Shown: positions 11,404 to 22,599, counted from the stretch's first letter. The stretch: 64,000 nucleotides of DNA from Methanotrichaceae archaeon (GCA_963813075.1 CAWEXU010000009.1:15432-79431); one strand, 5' to 3'. The notes: generated by a model not told the origin, from the letters alone. Numbers and translations: made by a program.

Positions 11404-12148
11404 TTAATTTTTATAATATTTTGCCTGTTTGATCAGCTTATCGATCTCGATCATGCCAGCCATCTGCTCCAGCTCGCCACTCTCGATGCAGTTTAGGCCT
11501 GAGATCTCCAGCAACAGCTTATCCAGCTTAAGCAGGATCTGTTCGTTGTCCTCAGTCGCTTCTTTAACAAATTTTATATATTCGTTATATACCTTAAATT
11601 TTTCCTCCATAATCTCCTCAGAAAAGGCTCCTGCATTGCGTTGCTTTTTGATGAAATTATAGTCATCCTCATCGAATGCATTCAGTTTATTAATGATGCT
11701 GCGGATATTCTTAAAAAATATATTCTCCACCTCTGCAATAACCGCATCAAACTTATGATAGCTGATCTCAGAAGCGCTGAAGATCTGCAGAAGAATATCC
11801 CGGATGGTCTTATTCTTTTTCTGCAGCCGTTCAATCTGATCGAGCAAGAGGTCGATGTTTCTCTCGAATGTTTTAAGCCCCCGGTGGTCATTCAGGGCCT
11901 CCATATAATCTTCTTTGGTGCTTTTAGCGCCGATTGGTGTGGCCTTCTCCGGCACAGAAAGGAGCTTGTAGTTGCCGTAAAGCAATCCGGAGCCGCTCAA
12001 GACGAGAAATGCGCTGCCAAAGGCAGTCTCCAATGCACTCGGCCCCGATGATATCTACATCAAGCAATCCCGGCGAGAAGACAGCTATGTTGGCAGCGGC
12101 AATGCCCAGGTTCAGGCCCAATAGTCTGATCAGCATATCTTTATCCAT
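11404..12148 (-). CDS. Membrane-anchored helical protein, first gene of the TelA operon (frameshift near 12040)
   Basis: Two N-terminal hydrophobic helices then coiled coil; ORFs 11924-12148 and 11404-12033 join. Confidence 0.65.
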
Positions 12149-12422
12149 GTCTTCTCGCCCTCAGGATCCTTATATGCAGATATTCCCTCAACATATGTCA
12201 TAATACTATCGATGATAACTATTAAACCACCCCCTGTTCTGACTTGAGAATCGTTATATAGTAATAATAACATATATTAAAATTAATGATATAATAAGAC
12301 AAAAAGAGATTCGTCTGATCCCCAAAAAGGATCATGCTTCTCGATATTCCTTAGCGATCCCGCAAAATCAGCACCGCAATCAGCATCGCAAAACCAGCAC
12401 TGTAATTATCACATAAATGAGA

Positions 12423-12743
12423 TCAGCGTCTGGCCTCAACATTCTTCAGGTACAGGACGCCGGTGGGAGTGATATTCAGAATCTCTCCACTCCTTTCGAT
12501 CACCAGAGCCGCCACCAACATAGAGAGGTGATAGTCCGCCCTCTCCGGGCTCAGATTGAACTTCTCGCAGATCTGCTCCAGCCTCTTTGGCCCGCCGGCG
12601 ATGAACTTGAGAATATCCCGCCTCACCCTGAGCTGCAGGACAATCAGAGCATTCCGATGTTCTTCTGCCGTCCACCACCAGTTAGGCTCTGATGCGTCAT
12701 CGGAAGATCGGTCAGAAGGAGCATTGATGTCGCCATCAGTCAT
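12423..12743 (-). CDS. ArsR-like winged helix-turn-helix protein
   Basis: RRDILKFI...YHLSML...ITPTG pattern. Confidence 0.75.
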   Translation of the reverse strand: MTDGDINAPSDRSSDDASEPNWWWTAEEHRNALIVLQLRVRRDILKFIAGGPKRLEQICEKFNLSPERADYHLSMLVAALVIERSGEILNITPTGVLYLKNVEARR

Positions 12744-12752
12744 GATATCACA

Positions 12753-13205
12753 TCAGTCCTCCCCCTTTCCATTGATCTCGCAGGTCTCGCTGGCTATCTC
12801 GCATGACCGGCAGATCTCCCGCTCCTCATCCAGATTGCGCGCCGCGGTGGCAAGCACGCTGGCGTTCACCAGGTTCCCGGCGAGGAATATGGCCGCAGCA
12901 ACCTGATCATCCGGCACCCCCAGGCTTCCGGCCAGCCGGATGTGCAGCCTCAGGCAATGGCTGCAGCGCAATGCTGCAGACACGGCCACCGATATCAGCT
13001 CTACCGTCTTTGCATCCAGGTTGGAGCTCCTCAAGATGGCATTGTTGTGCAACACCTTGGTGATGAGAAGCTCAGAGTCATCCTCCATGAACTGAAAGAT
13101 GTATGGCACCTCACCATAGGTCCTCTCCACCGCCTTCAAAATATCCTTGGCTGCATTATCCTTTCCCTTGACCAAAATGGCATCCAGCTCATCTTCAAAG
13201 CTCAT
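12753..13205 (-). CDS. Carboxymuconolactone decarboxylase/AhpD-like protein
   Basis: LDAKTVELISVAVSAALRCSHCLRLH (CxxC). Confidence 0.85.
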   Translation of the reverse strand: MSFEDELDAILVKGKDNAAKDILKAVERTYGEVPYIFQFMEDDSELLITKVLHNNAILRSSNLDAKTVELISVAVSAALRCSHCLRLHIRLAGSLGVPDDQVAAAIFLAGNLVNASVLATAARNLDEEREICRSCEIASETCEINGKGED

Positions 13206-13256
13206 GATCTCAGACTCCTGTAGCCTCTTTGCCCAGCTTCCCCAATAGCCCGGTAA

Positions 13257-14180
13257 TCAGAAGACGAATCCAGTCTCTGAGCTGGGCAGTATCCTCACCA
13301 GTATATAGTCTTTCATCCTCGAGGGCCTGATGGTAGCCACCTCTCCCAGCTTCACACCCTCATCGAATGTCACTGCGGCCACCTTATCCCGGTAGCCTTC
13401 ATAAGGAAGCTTCACCCGCACCCCGGTCAGATTGAGGGCTATTGGCAGAGGGGAATAGGAGAACTCGACCTCAGGAACCTGCTCACGCACCGCATCCATC
13501 ACCCTGGGCGGAGATGTGGTCAGCGGGTCCTTGGTGATCGCTTCACGGGTTGTGTCCAGCGCCCGTCCCACCACCTCAACGATATTATCTAAAGTTCCAA
13601 TCTCCGTGGCCTTGCGAGTCCTATGAGCCATCCTTCCGATGGAGGGCACATAGCCAAAGGCATAGGGCAGCTCTTCTGGATCTATCTTCGGTCCGCCGGT
13701 TACTACGACAGGCACATTGATGTTCCGGTAGAGAGACTCTTTCTTCTTGATGCAGTCCTGAAAGTTGCCGAAGATGAAAACCGCAGCATCATGCTCGTTT
13801 ATCAGGGCGGTCTCATACTCATTTATCTGGGCGATCTCCCTGCCCACACCCCGGGCCAATCCCAGCATATTGGTCTTGGAGCCGTGACGTCGCAGGTATT
13901 CAGCAATATCGCAGGCCACATGAGGCAGATGATGAATGGCCAGGGTGGGCGTGACCACCGCCACCTCCGTACCAGCAAGCGGCGCCCGCACCAGTTCCCC
14001 TCTGAGATCCCGGCTTAAGATCTCCAGGGAGTTCATATCCTCTGAAGGAACCAGCAATAAGAGGATGATCTCCGTCTGAGTCACATTCTTCTGCAGGATA
14101 TAGCCGCCCAGGTCCTCTACCAGCTCCAACACCAGGTCGTGCTTATACAACCCTCCGGTGAACATCACAGGCTCAAGCAT
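13257..14180 (-). CDS. mmp7: Methanogenesis marker protein 7
   Basis: FTGGLYKHD, HHLPHVACDIAEYLRR, GLARGVG; cluster position. Confidence 0.9.
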   Translation of the reverse strand: MLEPVMFTGGLYKHDLVLELVEDLGGYILQKNVTQTEIILLLLVPSEDMNSLEILSRDLRGELVRAPLAGTEVAVVTPTLAIHHLPHVACDIAEYLRRHGSKTNMLGLARGVGREIAQINEYETALINEHDAAVFIFGNFQDCIKKKESLYRNINVPVVVTGGPKIDPEELPYAFGYVPSIGRMAHRTRKATEIGTLDNIVEVVGRALDTTREAITKDPLTTSPPRVMDAVREQVPEVEFSYSPLPIALNLTGVRVKLPYEGYRDKVAAVTFDEGVKLGEVATIRPSRMKDYILVRILPSSETGFVF

Positions 14181-14745
14181 TCTCCATCTCCCGGATCTTC
14201 TTTTCGATCTCTGATATCAGCTCTGGCGTAATCGACTCCTCGGCAGCGATGAAAAAGAAGCTGTCTTTGGTCATGACATTTCGCCGGTTGCGAAATCCTT
14301 CCGGCGCCACTCTTACCAGGGCATCGGTCAGATCCTGCAGGAACTCAGCTTCCATATCCGTTACCATCAGATCGGCAGGTGATGAATCTGAGGCTATGAT
14401 CACAACATCTCTTGCCGGCTGCTCCACTCTTTCCCTGCCGTATCGCTGCCACAAAGCCCGGAGGAGGTCAGCCATGTGCTCCTCATCATTGATCTTGATC
14501 TGATGGCCACCCTGAACCGTCATCACGTCTCCAATATCCTTGACGGTCAGCGGCGGTATTCCGGAACGGAGGAGGCCGTAGACTGCGAAGAACGGAACGG
14601 CTATGTCGGCATAGACATAGAGCCTGCCTATGGACCGGATTAGACCCAGGTCCTGCAGAATGTCCATTATTATCTCGCGGTACTTCTTAGCTCCGAACTC
14701 CTCTGCCCCGGTCACCTCTATCTTGAAGACCTCCATTGGGTCCAT
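14173..14745 (-). CDS. mmp17: Methanogenesis marker protein 17
   Basis: RVAPEGFR motif; lies between mmp15 and mmp7. Confidence 0.85.
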   Translation of the reverse strand: MDPMEVFKIEVTGAEEFGAKKYREIIMDILQDLGLIRSIGRLYVYADIAVPFFAVYGLLRSGIPPLTVKDIGDVMTVQGGHQIKINDEEHMADLLRALWQRYGRERVEQPARDVVIIASDSSPADLMVTDMEAEFLQDLTDALVRVAPEGFRNRRNVMTKDSFFFIAAEESITPELISEIEKKIREMENA

Positions 14746-14746
14746 C

Positions 14747-15973
14747 TCAGCCCTCCAGCAGCCCCGATACCAGGAGAGCTGCACCTACAGCTCCGATATA
14801 TTGGGCATAGGGGGGAACGGTCACCTTCACCTGCAATAGCTCTTCCATTGCTTTGGGCAGGCCCTCGACGAGCGAGGTTCCGCCTACCATGATCACCGGC
14901 TCCTTGACTTCTACCTCCTGCAGCTGCTGCTCATAGACCTGCTCAGCAACGGAGTGACAGGCGGCCATGGCCACATCCTCGGGCTTGTTGCCCATGGAGA
15001 GGCTGTTGACCAGGCTCTGGGTACCGAAGACTATGCAGTAGCTGTTCATGGCCACTTTCCTGTAGTCTCCTTTCAGGGCCAGTTTGCCCAATTCGGTGAT
15101 GTCCACTCCCAGGCGGCGGGCAGTGAGCTCCAGGAACCGGCCAGATGCACCAGCGCATATTCCGCCCATGGTGAAGCCGCCGGGAATTCCGTCCTGAACG
15201 GATATGGCCTTGTTGTCCATACCACCAATATCGATAACAGTTGCCGATCCCCTCTGAGCATCTGCCAGGAAGACCGCTCCTTTGGAGTTAACGGTGATCT
15301 CCTCCTGGATGAGCTTGGCATTGATATGCTTGCCCACCAGAAATCGACCGTACCCGGTAACACCCACTCCCTGAACATCCTCTTTATTGACCCCAGCAGC
15401 CTTGAGAGCCTCCTGGAAAGCGTCCTCCGCGCTCTTCAAGACCTCGGTGGTTGGAACCCAGCCCGTGCCTATCACCTTATTGTCTCTCATCACCACTGAC
15501 TTGGTGGTGGTGGAGCCGGAGTCAATTCCAGCAGTGAGGCCCGTCTGCTTCTCCCTTGCCAGGAGACCTCTGTACTTGACCGTGGTCACCAAAGCTTCCA
15601 TACGGGTGAGAAGCGTCTCTGCAGTTGTCCTCTCGGTGAATGAATAGCTCAAGACGGGAATCTTGGAGTGCTCGTGGATGTACTTTCGGATCTCCGAGCG
15701 GATGATGGCCGCCTCAGCGCAGCGGAAGCAGGTCATGACCACTACGGCATCGGCAAGGTCCGGGTTCTCCACTATTCTCACTGCTCTGGCTATGGCCAGG
15801 TTGAGATCTCCCGAAGCCACTTTTACCCCGAACGTCTCTTCCACATTGAGCATATCATCCAGGGTAACCTCCGGGTAGACTATTTTGGCCCCTACGGTCT
15901 CTGCCGCCCGTTCGATCTCTTTTTGAATGCCGCTGTATTCAGCACCGCAGGAGAGCTGCGCTATGCGAATCAC
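14747..15973 (-). CDS. mmp15: Methanogenesis marker protein 15 (ASKHA ATPase, CoA-activase-like)
   Basis: [48 protein letters not shown]. Confidence 0.92.
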   Translation of the reverse strand: MIRIAQLSCGAEYSGIQKEIERAAETVGAKIVYPEVTLDDMLNVEETFGVKVASGDLNLAIARAVRIVENPDLADAVVVMTCFRCAEAAIIRSEIRKYIHEHSKIPVLSYSFTERTTAETLLTRMEALVTTVKYRGLLAREKQTGLTAGIDSGSTTTKSVVMRDNKVIGTGWVPTTEVLKSAEDAFQEALKAAGVNKEDVQGVGVTGYGRFLVGKHINAKLIQEEITVNSKGAVFLADAQRGSATVIDIGGMDNKAISVQDGIPGGFTMGGICAGASGRFLELTARRLGVDITELGKLALKGDYRKVAMNSYCIVFGTQSLVNSLSMGNKPEDVAMAACHSVAEQVYEQQLQEVEVKEPVIMVGGTSLVEGLPKAMEELLQVKVTVPPYAQYIGAVGAALLVSGLLEG

Positions 15974-16407
15974 TTCAAACCCCCCAAGAAATTCTTGATC
16001 TTCTGCACGAAATCCCTGGCCTCGGCATCATTGGTGGGATAAGAGAGATCCAGAATTGGAACTCCTTTTGTCCTGATGAGCAGCCTGACCAGCTCATTCG
16101 TCCTGTTGCATCCCGCACAACCCGTGAGCCATCCTGGATCCTGCACCATGATGGCAGCCTCTGCCTCCTCGATTATCGGGCCAATCAGGGCCATCCTGCC
16201 CCGTATCCCGGAAGGGACATCCACTGCTGCATAACGAAGCCCTTTTTTGGGCTCCTCTGCAGTCACATTCAAAGGCGGTGAGGCAAGATCATTATCGGTT
16301 GCGAGCTTTCTCACCGCTTCAGGAACTACAAGTGCCTTGTGGCCCATCCTGTCCACAAGGTCCGATAGGATCATGCTGGTGGGAGGATAAACGATTACTT
16401 TTGCCAT
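15970..16407 (-). CDS. mmp5: Methanogenesis marker protein 5
   Basis: [29 protein letters not shown]. Confidence 0.9.
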   Translation of the reverse strand: MAKVIVYPPTSMILSDLVDRMGHKALVVPEAVRKLATDNDLASPPLNVTAEEPKKGLRYAAVDVPSGIRGRMALIGPIIEEAEAAIMVQDPGWLTGCAGCNRTNELVRLLIRTKGVPILDLSYPTNDAEARDFVQKIKNFLGGLK

Positions 16408-16422
16408 TGATTTACCTCAGAA

Positions 16423-16836
16423 TTAATCTTCTTTAGCGATCTCTTCCAACCTCTCAAGTGGGAGGGGACGTACCTCTTTTTTCGGAATAGGCTCAGACTC
16501 GCCCTCAGAGGCAATAGCTCTGGAGATCATGGGCAGTAGCTTAGACTCAGACTCGATCATATAGAAGCCTGGCCTGGCTCCGCCGCCTCTGCGACCGCGG
16601 CAGCGCCTTGGGTCGCCCGGTGGAAATCCCCGGTCTTTGACGAATATGCCGGCCGGATCCAGACTGCGAATCTCTTTTAGCAGCGCCTCAATAACTTCTG
16701 CTTCCCCATTGATGATCACGCCAAAGCAGGTCTCTTTGACCAGGACATCATAGCCTGATCCATAGATCTTCATGGCGATATCCGAGGGAAGAATATTGGA
16801 CTCAGAGGACGTTATTAGATATTTTGTGACCAGCAT
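16423..16836 (-). CDS. mmp6: Methanogenesis marker protein 6
   Basis: VKETCFG, KDRGFPPGDPRRCR...GGARPGF. Confidence 0.9.
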   Translation of the reverse strand: MLVTKYLITSSESNILPSDIAMKIYGSGYDVLVKETCFGVIINGEAEVIEALLKEIRSLDPAGIFVKDRGFPPGDPRRCRGRRGGGARPGFYMIESESKLLPMISRAIASEGESEPIPKKEVRPLPLERLEEIAKED

Positions 16837-18360
16837 TTATCGCTCCTCCCGAATGTAGATCGTCTCTCCTTCCTTCACATCCCTGAGCTTATCCGGCTCC
16901 ATTACCCTGCCGATGATGTTAGTGGCCTCGAACTTCTCCCCCGAGGGGCCGTATCGCTTGTCCTCTTCCAGCCGGATGCCCACCAGACCGATCTTCTTTG
17001 AGACCTGGTTGGAGATGCCTATCGAGCCGGCAGGCACAGGCCCTGTTGGCTTGTTCTCCGGCAATAGCTCCTTGTAGCTCACTGCGTCTACTTCCGGCTT
17101 GAAGAGCAGAGTGCTCTCGTAAGTGAAGTAGACAGGCAGGGGTCCCACAGCCTTTTCTTTGAGGCCGGTGACATGCCGGAAATAGTCCAGGCTCTTTGGT
17201 GCCAGCTCATGGTAAAGCTGAACTGATATAAGGCGGGAGGAAGGAATGGATGAGAGGCGCACCTTTTTGGCTTTCAGAATCTCCATAGTGGCTCCAGGAT
17301 CCTGCCGGACCACTACCGCGTCCTCGCCCTCATAGCCCTCAGCTTCGGTCTCAATTCCCCTTTCCACCATATTCTGCCTGGCATCCTTCAAAGGCATGCC
17401 CAGGAGCATGATGCGTTCCGGGGTTACATCAACCGTTATCAGCTGGCCGGGCTTTGCCAGTTTTATCATATCCATGCCTTTGGTGATCCTGGCTACCACG
17501 GAGTGTCCGGGATTCGAGGTGCGATCATGCTTGTAGATGAAGATCCTGCCCAAACCCCGCCCAACAGTTCTCACAGTGATCACTCCCTCCAGGCGGGGCT
17601 CACGATGCTCATAGGCAACGTGCTCCGTCAGAAGCTGGTCGGATGAGATATAAGAGCTTGATACGGAATCGACCCTCAAAGTGCCGTCTCGGGTTAAAGC
17701 AAGGAAGAACTCCGCCCCCAGTGGCGCGTCCTCGATCAGCTCTGCTTTGACCCGGGTATAGATCTCCATGCCCTCCTCCACAGGTAGAGTTAGATCAAGG
17801 GTGGACATCTTCTCTGTCAGGTCCTGCCATTCCACGATGGGCTCTATAGCCTCAATTCTGTCCCCTGTCTCCAGCCGGTCAAGGGTATTCTTGCCTCCCA
17901 CCACATGGGCGAAGACTCCACCGTCCACAGGGGTGCCGTAAGCGGCAGAATGCCTCCTTTGCATGAAGATCAATTGGGTGTTCTCTGCATCAAAGCCAGC
18001 CGCGCCAAGGACTACCTCCCAGCGATTGTACTCGTGGGCATCCCGGCCAAATGATATTCTGGAAGAGAATGGCCCAAAGGCAACGCCATCCGCTGAAGCC
18101 CATCTTACCTGTGACCCAGAGATCTTGTCCACCATCTCATGCCAGATCTTCTGCAGATCATTTTCCAGAAGCTCAATTCTGAGTTTGCCTTTGGAGGTAT
18201 TGAGCCAGTAGGAGTTGGTCTGGCGCGACTTCTCGCCCCGGCCTTTGACCATCCCCACAATTGCGCCTTCCGCGGGCTTGCTGCCTGCTTTTTGCAGGGC
18301 GTCGGCCAGGCATGCAACAGGCTCCAGCTCAATCTCTTTGCCGTCAACGAAGACTCTCAA
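16837..18360 (-). CDS. mmp3: Methanogenesis marker protein 3 (cyclophilin-like domains)
   Basis: AFGPF, ELLPENKP, YGPSGEKFEATNIIG; TTG start next to the atwA stop. Confidence 0.88.
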   Translation of the reverse strand: MRVFVDGKEIELEPVACLADALQKAGSKPAEGAIVGMVKGRGEKSRQTNSYWLNTSKGKLRIELLENDLQKIWHEMVDKISGSQVRWASADGVAFGPFSSRISFGRDAHEYNRWEVVLGAAGFDAENTQLIFMQRRHSAAYGTPVDGGVFAHVVGGKNTLDRLETGDRIEAIEPIVEWQDLTEKMSTLDLTLPVEEGMEIYTRVKAELIEDAPLGAEFFLALTRDGTLRVDSVSSSYISSDQLLTEHVAYEHREPRLEGVITVRTVGRGLGRIFIYKHDRTSNPGHSVVARITKGMDMIKLAKPGQLITVDVTPERIMLLGMPLKDARQNMVERGIETEAEGYEGEDAVVVRQDPGATMEILKAKKVRLSSIPSSRLISVQLYHELAPKSLDYFRHVTGLKEKAVGPLPVYFTYESTLLFKPEVDAVSYKELLPENKPTGPVPAGSIGISNQVSKKIGLVGIRLEEDKRYGPSGEKFEATNIIGRVMEPDKLRDVKEGETIYIREER

Positions 18361-18361
18361 A

Positions 18362-19978
18362 TTAACTCCCCAGCATCTCCTTCTCTTCATCTTCTGTGAC
18401 CCTGCTCAAGACCTCTTCCGGCAGGCCGGTGAATACAGCCCTCCCATTGCGCATGAGCATTGCCCGGTCACAGACGTTCTTTACAAAATCCATATCATGG
18501 CTTACAATTATAAATGTCTCGCCCAGCTCCTCGCGGGCATTGAGGATGGAGTTCGTCACCTCTATCTTGGTAATGGCATCCATCGTCCCTGTGGGCTCAT
18601 CCAGGACCACAATCCGCGGCTCTTTTATCAAGACCTGAGCCATGGCCACCCGATGCCGCTCACCCTCGGAGAGCTCATCGGGCATCTTCTCCAGGACCGC
18701 TTCAGCCTGTTCCTCATTAAATCCGACCGTCTCCAGGGTATGAATAGCCTTTCTCTCTGCCAGTTCGAAGGGAAGAGAGAGGCCGATGGCTTCAGTCAGG
18801 TTCTCAATCACGCTTCTAGAGGGATAGAGGGTATACTCCTGGTGGAGGATGCCAATGTATTTGGTGGCTCGACCACGGCCGTTGGAGCCGAGGACGGTCA
18901 TGTCCACCCATTCGTCTCCCACCCGCACTGCGATGCTGCCGTTGGTGGGAGTGAGAATGCCGCTGATCATCTTGGAAAGAGTGGTCTTGCCCCCGCCAGA
19001 AACCCCTACCAGGCCGAAGATCTCCCCTTCATTAACCTCCAGGCTGACCTCATCCACCGCCTTTACCACGCCACGATCGATGCTGATGTATCTCTTCGAA
19101 AGGCCATTGGCCTTGATCATAGGCTCGCCCAGCTCGACATCTTCCCGCTTGGCTAAAGTTCCAGCCATGGCCAGGAATTGGGCGGCTACATCCTTTGGAT
19201 TGCCTTCTGCCTTGATCTCACCCTGATCGAGGAGGATGGCTCTTTGGGTCAGCTCTACCATGACATCCTCCCAGTGGCTGGTGATGATCAGAGTCATCTT
19301 GAAATCATTGACCGCCCGCTTTATGGAATCGTGAACCACTCTGGCTGTGGCCGGGTCGAGGGTCCCAGTTGGCTCGTCTGCCAGGAGGACCATGGGAGAT
19401 TTGGCGAGCTGACGGGCGAGGACAACGCGCTGCTTCTCTCCTCCAGACAGCTCTCGGGCGACATGCATCAGCCGGTGAGATAGATTGACCTCGTCGAGCA
19501 GGTCTGCAGCTACATGGACGCTCATGGTGTCTCCCGTCTCCTCCACCGCGCGCATGACGTTCACTATCACCCTCTCATCGCCATAAAGAGCAAAGGTCCT
19601 CTGCAGCATTATAGCGATCCTCTTTGAGATATCACGCCTCAGAGGATCGTTTATATCTAAAGATACGAAATCAGCATCAAAGCTTTCCAGAGTGCCACCA
19701 CACTTGCAGCTCTTTCCGACGTGACTGGGGGGCTCTACATGATGGCATTTGCCGCATCTGGCTACGTGGAAGATCACGCTGCCCGATATGTCCTGGAATG
19801 ATTCCACCCCACGCAAGACATGCATCAAGACGCTCTTGCCTGAGCCGCTCCGTCCCAAAATGCCGACCGATTCGCCCTCCTCGATAACCAGATTCAAGTT
19901 GCGAAGAGCTACAACATCGCCGAATCGAACTGTCAGATCCTTAATCTCGATAAAAGGTGCCAATTTATCATTCCTCAT
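18362..19978 (-). CDS. atwA: Methyl-coenzyme M reductase system component A2
   Basis: Two ABC ATPase domains, Cys-rich insert, IMLQRTFALY motif. Confidence 0.95.
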   Translation of the reverse strand: MRNDKLAPFIEIKDLTVRFGDVVALRNLNLVIEEGESVGILGRSGSGKSVLMHVLRGVESFQDISGSVIFHVARCGKCHHVEPPSHVGKSCKCGGTLESFDADFVSLDINDPLRRDISKRIAIMLQRTFALYGDERVIVNVMRAVEETGDTMSVHVAADLLDEVNLSHRLMHVARELSGGEKQRVVLARQLAKSPMVLLADEPTGTLDPATARVVHDSIKRAVNDFKMTLIITSHWEDVMVELTQRAILLDQGEIKAEGNPKDVAAQFLAMAGTLAKREDVELGEPMIKANGLSKRYISIDRGVVKAVDEVSLEVNEGEIFGLVGVSGGGKTTLSKMISGILTPTNGSIAVRVGDEWVDMTVLGSNGRGRATKYIGILHQEYTLYPSRSVIENLTEAIGLSLPFELAERKAIHTLETVGFNEEQAEAVLEKMPDELSEGERHRVAMAQVLIKEPRIVVLDEPTGTMDAITKIEVTNSILNAREELGETFIIVSHDMDFVKNVCDRAMLMRNGRAVFTGLPEEVLSRVTEDEEKEMLGS

Positions 19979-20301
19979 AAGCTAATTATAATATAGGGTT
20001 CTTCCGCGCCTTTAACCGCTGCCAGACGGTGATACAACGCCCATACTATTCGTGATACAATGCCCTTGCTTTTCATGATATAATGCCTGCTTCATGGATG
20101 GTGCAATGCTACTTAAGTTTATCCGAAGCTTCATATACGTCCCCCTGATAACGATTGTTATAGCAAGACAAAGGTTCTTCTCATGGGTGAAATCAGCAAT
20201 TGCGCCGGACATCTTGGCCAATTGACAGGGAAAGATTGGGTCGAAATGGCATATAAATTTATAAAGAACCAAAACACCATAATCTAATTGAAGGTATATC
20301 T

Positions 20302-20811
20302 ATGGAAGCCCTGGAAGCAATAAAAACTCGCAGAAGCATCAGGAAATTCAAGCCTGGTGAGGTCTCCAAAGAAATCCAAAGAGAGCTGCTGGAAGCAGCC
20401 ATGCTTGCCCCCTCCGCAGGAAACGAGCAGCCCTGGCAATTTTTGCTGATTGATGACCGCAGGACTCTGGAGGAGATCCCCCTGATCTGCCCAACTGCGA
20501 CGATGTGCAGGCAAGCTCCTCTGGCAATTCTGGTTTGCGGCGACGAGAATTTGGAGAAGTATCCTGATTTTTGGGTGCAGGATTGCTCTGCTGCAACCGA
20601 GAACATCCTGCTGGCAGCGCACGCCCTGGGCCTGGGGGCAGTATGGGCAGGAGTCTATCCCATGAAGGAAAGGGTGGACGGTTTCAGAAGGATTTTCGCC
20701 CTTTCGGAGGAGATCACCCCATTTGCCCTGATCACCCTGGGATATCCGGACGAAGCACCTGCGCCTGCGAGAAGATACAAGGAAGAAAGGGTGCATTATA
20801 ACGGATGGTAA
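20302..20811 (+). CDS. Nitroreductase family protein
   Basis: RRSIRKF, APSAGNEQPW, LGLGAVW. Confidence 0.92.
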   Translation: MEALEAIKTRRSIRKFKPGEVSKEIQRELLEAAMLAPSAGNEQPWQFLLIDDRRTLEEIPLICPTATMCRQAPLAILVCGDENLEKYPDFWVQDCSAATENILLAAHALGLGAVWAGVYPMKERVDGFRRIFALSEEITPFALITLGYPDEAPAPARRYKEERVHYNGW

Positions 20812-20855
20812 AAAAATATTAATTGGATATGATGAACTGATGAAGAGGAGGACTT

Positions 20856-21422
20856 ATGAAGATCTCTTTGGGAAAGAAGACATTGCTGTATCCTGCACCA
20901 GTTTGTGTGGTGGGGACCTATGACCGGAAAGGAGTGCCAAATGTAATGACCGCTGCCTGGGCCGGGATCTGTTGCTCCAGCCCGCCGTGCATTGCTGTAT
21001 CCCTTCGCAAGGCAACTTATACCTATGAAAATATAATGGAGCGCAAAGCGTTTACCGTGAGCTTGCCCTCTGAGGACTATATCCAGCAGGCAGACTATTT
21101 TGGCATGATCTCCGGAAGGGATGAGAACAAGTTCGACCGAACGAAACTGACCCCGGCGAAAGGAGAGCTGGTTGACGCTCCTTTTGTAATGGAGTTCCCC
21201 CTTGCCCTGGAGTGCAGCCTGATCAACTCGATCGAGATCGGTCTGCACACGGAATTCATAGGGGAGATCCTGGATGTAAAAGCGAGTGAGAGCTGCTTGG
21301 GTCCGGATGGACTCCCGGATATCGAGAAGATCAGACCGCTTCTTTTCTCGCCGGAGGGGCGCAAATATCACGGGGTGGGAAAATTCCTGGGAAATGCCTT
21401 CCAGGCGGGCAGAGGGATTTAG
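20856..21422 (+). CDS. Flavin reductase/flavoredoxin family protein
   Basis: PNVMTAAW, ISGRDENKF, ECSL...HTEFIGEI. Confidence 0.9.
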   Translation: MKISLGKKTLLYPAPVCVVGTYDRKGVPNVMTAAWAGICCSSPPCIAVSLRKATYTYENIMERKAFTVSLPSEDYIQQADYFGMISGRDENKFDRTKLTPAKGELVDAPFVMEFPLALECSLINSIEIGLHTEFIGEILDVKASESCLGPDGLPDIEKIRPLLFSPEGRKYHGVGKFLGNAFQAGRGI

Positions 21423-21507
21423 ATCTTCTTTCACCCATTTTGACCATCCACCCTCTTCCAACCCCAAATCGTTATTTTTTATCTAAATTGAATTATCCTC
21501 CTTTTTT

Positions 21508-22101
21508 TTATTCTTCTTTTTTGTCCTTCGCCTCAAAAGCCTTCTTTCTCCCTTTATAGGTTGTATAGGTTATGACGGCCGCAATCAACAGAGTGCCAAG
21601 GATCAGAGCCAGGGAGATCATTATTAGACCAAGCATATCCTCCAGGATCCCCTTTCCGACTGCCAGGACTACCTTCGGCCCGGGCTCAGAGGGATAGGAT
21701 GCATTGATCACATGAAGGCCCGCCGCTTCCGCTCTAAAGGCCATGACCGAATGGCCGGAGCGACCTCCAACGGAATACGAGGAGCTGCTTGGAGACGGAT
21801 AGGTCTGGAGCTTTAGGCCAGAGGCCTTTTCCACTACCTCGATCTGAAGTCCCGGCATTTTCTCGGAGGTCTCATAGAGAACGCCATCAAAGTAGCTATT
21901 GTTTTCATAAAAGATGGTATACTCACCTGGCCCGCTGAGATTCAGCTCTGCCTCTCCGGGAGCTGCCACTTGGGTCAGGCCGCCTATAGTGCTGGATATT
22001 CCAGAAAATAGATACCAGGCAAATACGGCGAACCCTACAAATACAATCAGCAGGGCCAGGCCGTAGCGCCAAACGCTGGGCGATATATCCCTGTTATTCA
22101 T
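21508..22101 (-). CDS. Hypothetical membrane protein (2 TM flanking an external beta domain)
   Basis: GAGGTG SD; hydrophobic N- and C-terminal segments. Confidence 0.7.
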   Translation of the reverse strand: MNNRDISPSVWRYGLALLIVFVGFAVFAWYLFSGISSTIGGLTQVAAPGEAELNLSGPGEYTIFYENNSYFDGVLYETSEKMPGLQIEVVEKASGLKLQTYPSPSSSSYSVGGRSGHSVMAFRAEAAGLHVINASYPSEPGPKVVLAVGKGILEDMLGLIMISLALILGTLLIAAVITYTTYKGRKKAFEAKDKKEE

Positions 22102-22188
22102 GATGGAACACCTCTTTTTGGTTTTCTAGTATTTTGGAAAAAAATCATGTTTGTCAAAAAAATCTATTGGAGAGCCCGGAATGGACCC

Positions 22189-22599
22189 TCAGGAAGATCT
22201 GAACCTAAAATCGACGAAAAGCCCTACCAATTTGCCATTCTCAAAGCACCCGTAGACGGGATAGCAGCCAGGACCAGGGTTGAGCTTGAGGCTGTTTCCT
22301 TCGTCAGAGGCGACGATCAATCCGCTGGCAACGTTCAAATATCCCATAAGCTGGCAGCTTGCGACAGGATACTGGAAGGTTTCGATCGCCTTTCTATCAG
22401 CCTTGTATGCATCGGATTTGAAAAGATCAGACTGGAAGGGCTCCCCGCCAACCCACGGATCTCCAAAACCCTTGTTGAATAGATTCTCCGCTCCCTTTTC
22501 CCCGGGCCGGTATTCGATCTCGTCTGCTGAAAAGGCAATCGCGGTCAGCGAAAATGCCGCCATCAGCACAATAAGCACAGCCAATCCACATTTTTTCAT
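22189..22599 (-). CDS. Hypothetical secreted protein
   Basis: Signal peptide MKKCGLAVLIVLMAAF. Confidence 0.6.
   Translation of the reverse strand: MKKCGLAVLIVLMAAFSLTAIAFSADEIEYRPGEKGAENLFNKGFGDPWVGGEPFQSDLFKSDAYKADRKAIETFQYPVASCQLMGYLNVASGLIVASDEGNSLKLNPGPGCYPVYGCFENGKLVGLFVDFRFRSS

Noticed and set aside
18215..19156. 313-aa plus-strand ORF
   Set aside because: Antisense shadow of atwA
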